Shown: positions 1-7,863, numbered from the stretch's first letter. The stretch is DNA of 10,986 nucleotides from an uncultured archaeon (GCA_964645535.1 CAZYCQ010000081.1:1-10986); one strand, 5' to 3'. Notes: generated by a model from the letters alone, not told the origin. Translations and numbers: made by a program.

Positions 1-49
1 ATCAGAAGAAAACAGGAAAGTCATAAACGAAATTACTAGAGGGACATTA

Positions 50-1042
50 ATGAGATTAGTTCCAATCATTCTTCTTCTTATCCTTTGTGCTACACAATCA
101 GTTTCAAGTCAGCAAAAGGGGATTGAAATCCTCCAAGTATATGTTGATGTCCAGGTAGAAGAGGAAGAAGGAATAGCAGACTTTATTCTCAAGTCAAGAG
201 CAGTTAATGAAATCAGCTCGAAGACAGCACTTGTGATTTCATTTCCCAACCAATATTATGACATCAACGTTCAAATAGGAAAACAGGTCGTGCCAAGCAG
301 GGTAACTGTTCAAGAGGGATGGACAGTAATTGAAATAACACCGATTACAAAAATAGATCAAGATCAATCATTCATTATAGAAATTACAGGAAAATTCAAT
401 CCTGAAATAACCAAAACAGAAACTGGAACAAATGTTCTAAGATATGATTGGGGACTAAATTTTCCGGTCGATTCGTTTACTATTGAAGTGGTTCTCCCTT
501 ATGGGGCACTTCTAGCGGCACAACAGGAAAATCCCAATATTTTCCCATCCACAGCCATTCTGGACACAAATGGAACACATATGACCATCAGTTGGTTAAA
601 CCTAACCTATGTGGAACCCAACAATATCCAGACAGTCATTGTGGAGTATCTAGATAACAAGAATACCAGTGCTGAACAGAGCTTGTTTCTACCCTTACTT
701 GCAGGGATAATCGCAGGAATGATCATCAGCTTAACAATTGCAATGGCCATAATGAAATGGAAGGGAATTAATCCCAGAGCATCGACAATCGAAAAACCTC
801 ATACAGAAATACAAATCAAAACCATCTATAAACCGATAGTCCTTAAGCCCCAACAAGTAAGAATTCTCGAACTCATCAAAGAGAATGAACCACTGCCGCA
901 GTCCGCACTCATTGACTTCATGGGGCTTAGTAAATCAAGAGTGAGCCAGTATCTCAAAGAACTAGAAGAACAAAACCTGATTGTGAGAGAAAAGGACGGA
1001 AAGGAAAACTTGGTCTTCTTGAAACAGGATGTAGAACTTTAA
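50..1042 (+). CDS. Membrane-anchored winged-helix transcriptional regulator (COG2512-like): signal peptide, extracellular beta-rich domain, one TM helix, C-terminal wHTH
   Basis: N-terminal hydrophobic signal (MRLVPIILLLILC), TM segment LFLPLLAGIIAGMIISLTIAMAI, C-terminal HTH signature LPQSALIDFMGLSKSRVSQYLKELEEQNLIVREKDGKENLVFL. Confidence 0.8.
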   Translation: MRLVPIILLLILCATQSVSSQQKGIEILQVYVDVQVEEEEGIADFILKSRAVNEISSKTALVISFPNQYYDINVQIGKQVVPSRVTVQEGWTVIEITPITKIDQDQSFIIEITGKFNPEITKTETGTNVLRYDWGLNFPVDSFTIEVVLPYGALLAAQQENPNIFPSTAILDTNGTHMTISWLNLTYVEPNNIQTVIVEYLDNKNTSAEQSLFLPLLAGIIAGMIISLTIAMAIMKWKGINPRASTIEKPHTEIQIKTIYKPIVLKPQQVRILELIKENEPLPQSALIDFMGLSKSRVSQYLKELEEQNLIVREKDGKENLVFLKQDVEL

Positions 1043-1713
1043 GGCTTCATCTTGATATTTGCAAACAGTTCCAGAATCTTTGCAGAGGGATATGTTGACA
1101 ATGAGGCCACAGCATTTGCCAATTCGATGGGCAACAATCCATTTTCATATTTAAAGCTGAGGATTTGAGGAATGGTCGCTAAAATCCGGTTCAAACCCAA
1201 AAAATCCGTAACCAGGGGTGCCGGCTTGAATAAACCGGTTGGAATGGTCAAAACCTTGTGATGGGAGGAGGATATGTAAAAAACCTTGGAGCCATAGTTT
1301 GAGGTTTTTCCATAGGGATCCTTTCGGACAATGCCTCTCTCCGTTCGTCCCAAAATTTGCTTCCGGATAAAATGATCGTGGGGAACAAAAAGGAATTTCC
1401 GACTCATCTTCCCGTTGGATTGAATTCGCAACTGATGCACCCAAAGATCCAGAAAATCAACAAATGGATCTGTTTTTTCCTGTCCTAAAAGATGAATGAT
1501 CACACCCTGTTTCCTTGCAAATTCCAAGAAACGACGAATTGGCTGTACAAGCTTAGTATAGTGGGAACGGATATAGAGACCACCATCCCCACCATCCTTG
1601 ACGAAGAGACATCTTGAAAGGAAATCACGATCATTCTCCCAATAATAACGGATAGCTGTAAAAAGCAATAATGTTTCATCAAAACAATGATCACGGAGTA
1701 AAAAAATTCTCAA
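1039..1713 (-). pseudogene. 5'-truncated NurA-like (RNase H-fold) nuclease of the bacterial-type HerA/NurA module; only the C-terminal half remains
   Basis: Motifs LFVKDG, GQEKT, YGKTSNYGSKVF and LLPIELANAVASLSTYPSAKIL match my recollection of NurA-domain proteins. Resemblance begins at ETLLLF (~1677). The ORF starts at TTG with an in-frame stop about 30 nt upstream, and there is no room for an N-terminal half before the tRNA. Confidence 0.65.
1580..1597. repeat. Perfect 9-bp tandem duplication (CCACCATCC x2) inside the NurA-like DG motif
   Basis: ccaccatcc at 1580-1588 and 1589-1597; the minus strand translates as KDG-GDG-GL. Confidence 0.85.
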
Positions 1714-1795
1714 TTGATATCCAGCAAAGAGTAGCCTGTTCCCTCACTGAATTTCAATTTAGATTTAATAAATAAACTGAACCGAACACCCCCTC

Positions 1796-1803
1796 AAAAA
1801 AAA
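1796..1803 (-). terminator. Oligo-T terminator directly after tRNA-Pro
   Basis: A8 on the + strand, i.e. T8 on the - strand, immediately 3' of the discriminator base. Confidence 0.6.
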
Positions 1804-1877
1804 TGAGCCGGGCAGGATTCGAACCCGCGATCAATTGGACCCAAACCAATCATGTTGCCAAGCTACACTACCGGCTC
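1804..1877 (-). tRNA. tRNA-Pro (anticodon TGG), intronless, CCA not encoded
   Basis: The reverse complement folds as GAGCCGG TA GTGT AGCTTGGCA ACAT G ATTGG TTTGGGT CCAAT TGATC GCGGG TTCGAAT CCTGC CCGGCTC A (74 nt). G37 is present; G1-C72 with A73 is the archaeal-type Pro acceptor. Confidence 0.97.
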
Positions 1878-1880
1878 ATT

Positions 1881-1909
1881 TTGTCCATCCGTAATTTTGG
1901 ACTGGACAA
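1881..1909. repeat. Inverted repeat/hairpin just upstream of the tRNA
   Basis: TTGTCCA-TCC-GTAATTTT-GGA-C-TGGACAA: 10 bp paired with one bulged base. Confidence 0.6.
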
Positions 1910-1962
1910 TGTTTTAGAGATTTTCTTGACATAAATATTCTTTGGAAGGTACACTTTAAGAT

Positions 1963-2205
1963 TTATGGAGATTTGTTGCAAAAAGGTTCTTGACTTAGCC
2001 ATATTGAAGAATTGATTCTTTTCAATTCATCCTTCAAAATTTCCCTGAAACGTTTCAGAATTGAATAATAATTTCCATTGATGTGCCTTATTTTTTTGAT
2101 TGATAGATCAGTGAAATGATTGATCAGGTTAATTTTAGTATATGTCATAGATTGACAAACCAGATTATTTTTATCATTAACAGCTTCGAAAATTTTCTTC
2201 ATCAC
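1963..2205 (-). CDS. Small AT-rich hypothetical ORF or gene remnant
   Basis: 80-aa open frame in a visibly AT-rich segment; no recognisable motif. Confidence 0.3.
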   Translation of the reverse strand: MMKKIFEAVNDKNNLVCQSMTYTKINLINHFTDLSIKKIRHINGNYYSILKRFREILKDELKRINSSIWLSQEPFCNKSP

Positions 2206-2323
2206 AGACCCTCAGAAACATTGATCATATCTTCACCAAAAAGATATTTGCCTAATGTATCATCATCCAATTTTAAGTGTCAAGGATGTGAGTAATTGTA
2301 TATCAGATGTTTGTTTTTCAGTA

Positions 2324-2337
2324 CAAAAACTTTTATC
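2324..2337 (+). promoter_or_regulatory. BRE/TATA-like element for the 2360 gene (probably leaderless mRNA)
   Basis: CAAAAAC-TTTTATC ends 23 nt before ATG 2360; no Shine-Dalgarno visible. Confidence 0.5.
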
Positions 2338-2359
2338 AAAGTAGTGCAAAGAAAAAAAT

Positions 2360-3049
2360 ATGTCCGATTTGGACTATGAATTGAAAAATGCGAAAGATTA
2401 TCTTCAATTTAGTGCAGCAATTAATACACTGTTCCTGATTCTGTTTCATTTTGCAGACTTTAACCCGATAATCACCCAGAGATTTGAGGACAAAAACTAT
2501 TCCTACGCCTTACTCATTTCGATGTTGCATGGAATCTGGTTTTATCTGGAAAGTGCAATTTTGCTGATGGGAGGAATTTATATGGGCATATTTCTTTGGG
2601 ATAGACTGAGTGGAATTCAACAAAAAGGGATCTGGCTGTTTATAGGATCCATCGGGATTTTGGATATTCTAGTCTTTTTTGGAGATTGGGGCGATTTGGT
2701 TTTTCCCTTTTCGATATATGTTGGTGTCCTGCTATTATGGCTTGGTTTCAACATGATATATAAAGGAGATATCTGGTTCATATTCCTCAGCTTTGGAGTA
2801 GCAGGGAGCTTCGCGGCACAGTTTCTGCTTTTCAATGCTCAATCATTTCAGCAGAACTATCTTATCAGTGGATATTATTTTGACAAAATTGAATACTTTG
2901 GATTTGTGAAGATTGCAGTTGAGATTTTATGGCTTTGGGGCGTAATTTTCAGGTGGTATCTGTCTCATACCTTCAAGGGGATTCCAGTGGTAATTGAGCG
3001 GGCGAAGCGGTATGCACCATATGATCCATTGTTCCCCTCTGGAGAGTGA
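2360..3049 (+). CDS. Hypothetical polytopic membrane protein (about 6 TM helices)
   Basis: 229-aa ORF with multiple long hydrophobic segments; ATG preceded by a TATA-like element. Confidence 0.8.
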   Translation: MSDLDYELKNAKDYLQFSAAINTLFLILFHFADFNPIITQRFEDKNYSYALLISMLHGIWFYLESAILLMGGIYMGIFLWDRLSGIQQKGIWLFIGSIGILDILVFFGDWGDLVFPFSIYVGVLLLWLGFNMIYKGDIWFIFLSFGVAGSFAAQFLLFNAQSFQQNYLISGYYFDKIEYFGFVKIAVEILWLWGVIFRWYLSHTFKGIPVVIERAKRYAPYDPLFPSGE

Positions 3050-3235
3050 AGAGGTTGGGAGACAAGAAGAAAAAGCCAATACTTGGGTTTTTTCATCCGT
3101 TTTTGATCGATCCGAATTGTTCCGATCAGCCATTCCCGAAAGATAGGGAATCGGTCAGGAGACAATGAGTATTTGCATTATCAACTGCATTACCTATTCA
3201 ATGGAATTTATCAATTGGAGATGGTAGGAAAGCAT

Positions 3236-3706
3236 CTATCGCATAATGATCTCGTCTTCAGGAACAGGCATGCCTTCGAAGATAGATTGAGGGATCTTTT
3301 TGGCATCCCTGGAGAAAACCTTTTCAGGAATTTTTTCGTGGAGGTGGGGAACAAATTGGTCGTATTCATGTTTTTGGTTGAACAGAAGAGTAATGATCTC
3401 TTCTGGAGTTCTGATCTTGACTTCCTTGTGAAGGTCATGGGTTACAATTCCTTCAATCTTTTCCCAAGGGACGAAGAATGATTCCTCATCCATTTCTGCA
3501 ATCTGTTCCGGGGTCTTTCCTCTTGCCTTGAGTCTTTTGGGGATGTCATGGACGAGCATGGAAAGGAGCGGGAATCTGAAATCGGTCTGTTGCCATTGAT
3601 AGAGACCTACAATACCTTCTTCCCGGACGTAGATATCGAAGAAGTGAAGGAATGATTCGAATATCCATCTGCCGACAGCAACGGTTGTGAACTTTGTTTT
3701 AGGCAT
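3236..3706 (-). CDS. Hypothetical protein, possibly PH-like fold; overlaps the atpD stop
   Basis: ATG at 3706 overlaps the end of atpD by 8 nt. Segment FFVPWEKIEGIVT...VKIRT...ITLLF followed by a helix resembles PH-like domains (inference). Confidence 0.7.
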   Translation of the reverse strand: MPKTKFTTVAVGRWIFESFLHFFDIYVREEGIVGLYQWQQTDFRFPLLSMLVHDIPKRLKARGKTPEQIAEMDEESFFVPWEKIEGIVTHDLHKEVKIRTPEEIITLLFNQKHEYDQFVPHLHEKIPEKVFSRDAKKIPQSIFEGMPVPEDEIIMR

Positions 3707-4376
3707 GGGCTGCACCTTCCTTTTCTTTCTTTGCTGTTTCGATCTTGTTCTTGATGAACTTCAATCTTCCGAAGGTTTCTCGTTCATCTTCCTCAAGAGT
3801 GAGTGCAATGAATCGAACCGTATTGCTGAGTCTTGGAATGATGATGTGATTAAGAGCGTTTACCCTTCTTTTGGTCGAGTTGATTTCATAGGCAAGTTTT
3901 TGGAGGGTAGCAACCTTTTCTGCCAGTTTAACTACAGAAGTGATCGATTCCCGGAAGCTTTTCACAGCGATGTCAAATGCAAGGGTAGTTGTTTCTGCAT
4001 CATAGAAGGGATAATCCAGTTTGCGTTCGACAATATCAAGCTTGGGAGCTTTGACACCCATGATGTTCCGGGTGCTGGTCTTAAGGGTAATGGTTTCGGG
4101 AGCGATCTGTCCCAAGTTCCGCAAGGTCGCGGTTCCAATCTGCAAGGCAGCGAACCTCAATTTCTTGTGGGCTTGTTCCAGAACATCTGAAGCTTCGGAT
4201 TGGGCTTCCTTTACTTCCTCGAGGACATCATAGAATTCAATGATCAGGGCATCCATTTTTTCCTTGAGGAGATCATGACCATGCTGGGCCAATTTCACTT
4301 TACCTCGTAGTTCAAGCAGCTTCATTCTGGTTGCTGCTACACCCTCAAGTTTATCGGCTTGACTCACAGGTTGCAT
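3699..4376 (-). CDS. atpD: A/V-type ATP synthase subunit D
   Basis: TRMKLLELRGKVKLAQHGHDLLKEKMDAL, NIMGVKAP, EINSTKRRVNALNHIIIP and LEEDERETFGRLK are canonical subunit D motifs. Confidence 0.97.
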   Translation of the reverse strand: MQPVSQADKLEGVAATRMKLLELRGKVKLAQHGHDLLKEKMDALIIEFYDVLEEVKEAQSEASDVLEQAHKKLRFAALQIGTATLRNLGQIAPETITLKTSTRNIMGVKAPKLDIVERKLDYPFYDAETTTLAFDIAVKSFRESITSVVKLAEKVATLQKLAYEINSTKRRVNALNHIIIPRLSNTVRFIALTLEEDERETFGRLKFIKNKIETAKKEKEGAAHA

Positions 4377-4427
4377 TCTGGAGAACGATTATTTAAGAAG
4401 TAGTTTATATCTTGGGAGTGGAGTGGA

Positions 4428-5966
4428 TCAATCGATCGATCCAAAGGCACTTGGTGATAGATCTCTGAAGGGATTGGATTTCAGGTATTCATAGGCAGCC
4501 TTCATGATTGGATGGACATAGTGGTCATCTCTGATGAAGGGGATCTTATGGTTGAATTGGTCAATGATTTTTTCCAAAAGGGTCGATGATTGGGGTCGAC
4601 CTTCTTGGAGATTGAGCCCCCTAATGGCCAGCAGTAGTTCAAGGGAGATAATCTGCTGGCAAAGCTTGGCAGCTTCGTGGCACTTGATAGCGGAGGTCAT
4701 GCCCATTGAGACATGATCTTCCTGGTCACCAGATACGGGGGAATTATCAATCACTGCGGGGAAACAAAGGGTTCGGAGTCGGTTGAGGGTTGCTGCGGCA
4801 GTATAATGGGGGATCATATAACCAGACTGCAAGCCCGCATTGGGTGCGAGAAAAGGTGGAAGTTCTTTGGTTGCGGGATGAACCAGTCTGTTGATACGTC
4901 GTTCTGCAATACTTCCAATCTCTGCAAAAGCCAATGTAGCCATTTCAAGTGGAAGGGCTAGCGGTTCTGCATGGAAGTTGCCCCCACTAAGAACCATTCC
5001 CTCTTCGGGAAAGATGAGGGGATTATCAGTCACAGAATTGACCTCGATTACCACCTTGGCTTCAAGGTATTCAAATGCATCCCAAGCAGCACCCAGTACT
5101 TGGGGAATACATCGGAGGGAATACGGATCCTGAACCTTATGATCAATTTCCGGATCGGCATGTGACTTGAGAATCTGGCTTCCCTCAAGAAGTTGAAGCA
5201 TAAGTGATGATACGGTCTGCTGCCCATGATGGGGACGCACACTGGAGATGAGAGGATTGAAATGTGAAGAGGTGCCTCGCAGTGCCTCAAGAGACAATGC
5301 AGCTGCGACCATACCTTCAGTAAGAAGTTGTCGTGCCAAATTAAGAATATGAAGTGCATAGGCAGTGATAAAATGGGTGCCATTGATCAGGGCAAGTCCT
5401 TCCTTGGCAGCAAGCCGTACGGGTTCCAATCCGGTTCTCTTGAAAAATTCATTGGCATCCATACGTTGCCCGTGATACTCAAGAACTCCTTCACCCATCA
5501 GTACAAGGGCAACATGAGCTAGAGGAGCAAGATCACCAGATGCGCCAAGACTTCCCAATTGGTAGGTGATCGGAATCGCATTGAAGTTGATCAGTTCCTT
5601 CAAAAGTTCAAGTGTCTGCATTCGAATACCAGAATGACCCTTTGCCAATGAATTGGCAAGGAGGATCATGGCAGTTCTTGTGATCTCTTTTGGGATGGGA
5701 TCGCCCATTCCGGCGGCGTGGGAACGGATTAGGTTGATCTGCAATTCTTCCAAACGCTCTTTTTCGATCCAAGTATTTGCCAATTGACCAAAGCCCGTGG
5801 AGACACCATAAATTGGCTTTTCCTTTTCAATTTCTTCCTCAAGCATCACTCGGCACTTGGTCACCACTTCAACAGTTTCAGGAGAGATCTGAACCACCAA
5901 GTTGGGATCAAGCAGGGAATACATGCTTTCCCGTGTCAGCGATGTCCCAAGAGAAAAGGAATTCAT
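4428..5966 (-). CDS. hutH: Histidine ammonia-lyase
   Basis: IYGVSTGFG, NLIRSHAAG (the SH pair typical of histidine specificity), MIO-forming GSLGASGDLAPLAH, KEGLALINGT, VQDPYSLRCIPQV, SGGNFHAEP, QEDHVSMG. Confidence 0.97.
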   Translation of the reverse strand: MNSFSLGTSLTRESMYSLLDPNLVVQISPETVEVVTKCRVMLEEEIEKEKPIYGVSTGFGQLANTWIEKERLEELQINLIRSHAAGMGDPIPKEITRTAMILLANSLAKGHSGIRMQTLELLKELINFNAIPITYQLGSLGASGDLAPLAHVALVLMGEGVLEYHGQRMDANEFFKRTGLEPVRLAAKEGLALINGTHFITAYALHILNLARQLLTEGMVAAALSLEALRGTSSHFNPLISSVRPHHGQQTVSSLMLQLLEGSQILKSHADPEIDHKVQDPYSLRCIPQVLGAAWDAFEYLEAKVVIEVNSVTDNPLIFPEEGMVLSGGNFHAEPLALPLEMATLAFAEIGSIAERRINRLVHPATKELPPFLAPNAGLQSGYMIPHYTAAATLNRLRTLCFPAVIDNSPVSGDQEDHVSMGMTSAIKCHEAAKLCQQIISLELLLAIRGLNLQEGRPQSSTLLEKIIDQFNHKIPFIRDDHYVHPIMKAAYEYLKSNPFRDLSPSAFGSID

Positions 5967-6019
5967 ACCCGATATTTACCTCTAGATAAATAACTTGTTG
6001 TGAAGATTCTCAATCAATT

Positions 6020-6964
6020 TCACTTTTTCTTGTAGGCTTGTAGCAGAGGGATCAACAACAGAATCCCCAAGAAAGGAAAATTCAAGGAATCCTCGCTTGT
6101 GGAATTGCTTTGCAACCATATGGGAATTGTCAACTGGTCAAGATCACGGACAGTCGAATACGGAATGAATCCATGAGATGTGGCCAAAGAGTAGAATTCC
6201 ATCTGTTCATCAGCGGATATGACATAATCGACCACAAGAACTGGTTTTGCACCATCCAACTTATTGAGGTGGGAAAGCCTTTCATTCAATGATGCCTCAT
6301 CTCGTGGAATACCTGCATCAACAAAGAAAAGATCCTCGATCCCGATACCATCAATTATTGACCAGTATTCCTCAAAATCAAGCAACCCTTCACCGTTTTG
6401 GGGGATAAGAAGGAAATCGGGACGGATCTGTCTTGCGAAGTCAGCAATGACACTGACCCAATCCACCATCCGTTCTGCGGCATCACCGATTCCCTGATCT
6501 TCATAGTACTCATACGCATCTATGATGTCTAGATAGGCACCATCAAACCCCTGTGAAACAATCACGGAAAGGTAATCAAGAATGATGCTTTGCCATTCCG
6601 GAGTCCAATACTTCACCTTGTAGTTGCCCGGCCAATCCGGATTCTCCCCGTCCATCCAATCAGGAGGGGAGGAAGCCCAACTGTCGTTCCAGTAGTAGCG
6701 ATAATCCTCTGCCTCCCCAATACTGATGTAGGCGATAACAGTTTTACCATGTTCTTTCAAAGACAAGATATCTTCAGAATTCCATGCACTTTCATTGGTT
6801 CCATCCATCGAGTAATCAATAACTAACAAATCAAAAGGTGAGACCTTAAGTTCTTCAAAATCAATCCCTTGCAATTGATATCCCCATGATTTGACAGAAA
6901 TCCCCTTTCCAACCATTATTGAACTGAGGAGAATACAACTGAGAAGAAGAACTCTTTTTGTCAT
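6020..6964 (-). CDS. Secreted, C-terminally anchored glycoside hydrolase, GH114 / TM1410-MJ1477 family (endo-alpha-1,4-polygalactosaminidase-like)
   Basis: WGYQLQ, DLLVIDYS, IAYISIGEAEDYRYYW, NPDWPGNYKVKYW, GFDGAYLDIID, IPQNG, IGIEDLF; N-terminal signal peptide; C-terminal hydrophobic tail ending KKK. Confidence 0.9.
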   Translation of the reverse strand: MTKRVLLLSCILLSSIMVGKGISVKSWGYQLQGIDFEELKVSPFDLLVIDYSMDGTNESAWNSEDILSLKEHGKTVIAYISIGEAEDYRYYWNDSWASSPPDWMDGENPDWPGNYKVKYWTPEWQSIILDYLSVIVSQGFDGAYLDIIDAYEYYEDQGIGDAAERMVDWVSVIADFARQIRPDFLLIPQNGEGLLDFEEYWSIIDGIGIEDLFFVDAGIPRDEASLNERLSHLNKLDGAKPVLVVDYVISADEQMEFYSLATSHGFIPYSTVRDLDQLTIPIWLQSNSTSEDSLNFPFLGILLLIPLLQAYKKK

Positions 6965-7016
6965 GACCTAGGAAAGAGAGTTCACCATTATTAACCTATA
7001 CCATATCCATGTTGCG

Positions 7017-7043
7017 AATCTGGAAAACTATCTTTTCCGGATT
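7017..7043. promoter_or_regulatory. 11-bp inverted repeat (candidate operator) in the divergent intergenic region
   Basis: AATCTGGAAAA-ctatc-TTTTCCGGATT; 10 of 11 positions are complementary. Confidence 0.5.
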
Positions 7044-7080
7044 AGGACACTCAGCATTGTTTCTCTCCAAAGGTATAACA

Positions 7081-7863
7081 ATGATTACATTTATTGGAAT
7101 ATCATTGGAATTCAAGGGATTACAAGCGGAAAACGCAATCAAGACCCTTTCACGACCGCATTTCATGAGAATGCTGAATGTCCTCTCCGTCCGCCACCAA
7201 GGCATGATTACACGATGGAATGCACGTCTCCTTGCCCAAAATCTTAGGATTGAACTAGGCAAGGTCTATGAGCTTCTGAGGTTCGGAGTTGATGCAGGAC
7301 TAATTGAAGAAGAAAAGGCAAAAGTGCCTACCCAACAAGGAAACAGAAGAAAGTCAAAAGTCTTTATCATCGCAGACAGTGTCTTCGACATCCGTTTTCT
7401 TTCGGCCGGGACACAATACCTAAATATCAGGATAGATAAGAACACATCCATCCGAACCCTCGAATCAATCCGCAACCTATTTACGATTCTTGAAAGTAAG
7501 CCTTTCAGAATATCTGCCGACACCATCAGAAGTACCCACACCTATTTTACCCTCAAAAAACTTCAAGAAGAATGGAAAAGAAACAATTTGCCCAACTTAA
7601 GAGCCGCCTGGTATTCTCAGGTCATCCAACCCATGCAGGATCTGCAAAAGGAGATCCATCCATTGGAAAGGACTGGAAGGCCAGTCATGGAAAGCCTTGT
7701 TCTGCGAGGAGAGGGAAGGAACCGCAGACCACCGTTATATTTCAGGTTCAGGTACGCGTTTGTCCGAATCCAATTCAAGAATGATGATCTGCCTGCGCCC
7801 TATGCAACCGATGAAAATGGAATAGTCTATTTCGATGAAAGTGGATGGGATATCTTTCCTTAA
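7081..7863 (+). CDS. Hypothetical DNA-binding protein with an ArsR-like winged helix, probably duplicated in tandem
   Basis: NARLLAQNLRIELGKVYELLRFGVDAGLIEEEK...GNRRKSKVF is a wHTH with a basic wing, and a second similar wing GRNRRPPLYF follows. ATG 7081 is preferred over 7009, but the start is uncertain. Confidence 0.7.
   Translation: MITFIGISLEFKGLQAENAIKTLSRPHFMRMLNVLSVRHQGMITRWNARLLAQNLRIELGKVYELLRFGVDAGLIEEEKAKVPTQQGNRRKSKVFIIADSVFDIRFLSAGTQYLNIRIDKNTSIRTLESIRNLFTILESKPFRISADTIRSTHTYFTLKKLQEEWKRNNLPNLRAAWYSQVIQPMQDLQKEIHPLERTGRPVMESLVLRGEGRNRRPPLYFRFRYAFVRIQFKNDDLPAPYATDENGIVYFDESGWDIFP

Noticed and set aside
1-1803. Intact integrative element at tRNA-Pro
   Set aside because: I saw no integrase and no duplicated tRNA 3' end (att site) in the window.
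2927-3481. ORFs 2927-3133, 2965-3165, 3173-3481 and 3211-3438
   Set aside because: They overlap better-supported genes, have no motifs, and look like shadow frames.
4428-5966. Phenylalanine/tyrosine ammonia-lyase or aminomutase (secondary metabolism)
   Set aside because: The LIRSH specificity motif fits histidase, and there is no biosynthetic cluster context.
3687-5993. Plus-strand and alternate-frame ORFs over atpD and hutH
   Set aside because: Antisense or out-of-frame shadows of well-conserved genes.
6020-6964. Cysteinyl-tRNA synthetase (historical MJ1477 annotation)
   Set aside because: Signal peptide, membrane tail and glycoside hydrolase motifs are present; no HIGH/KMSKS motifs.
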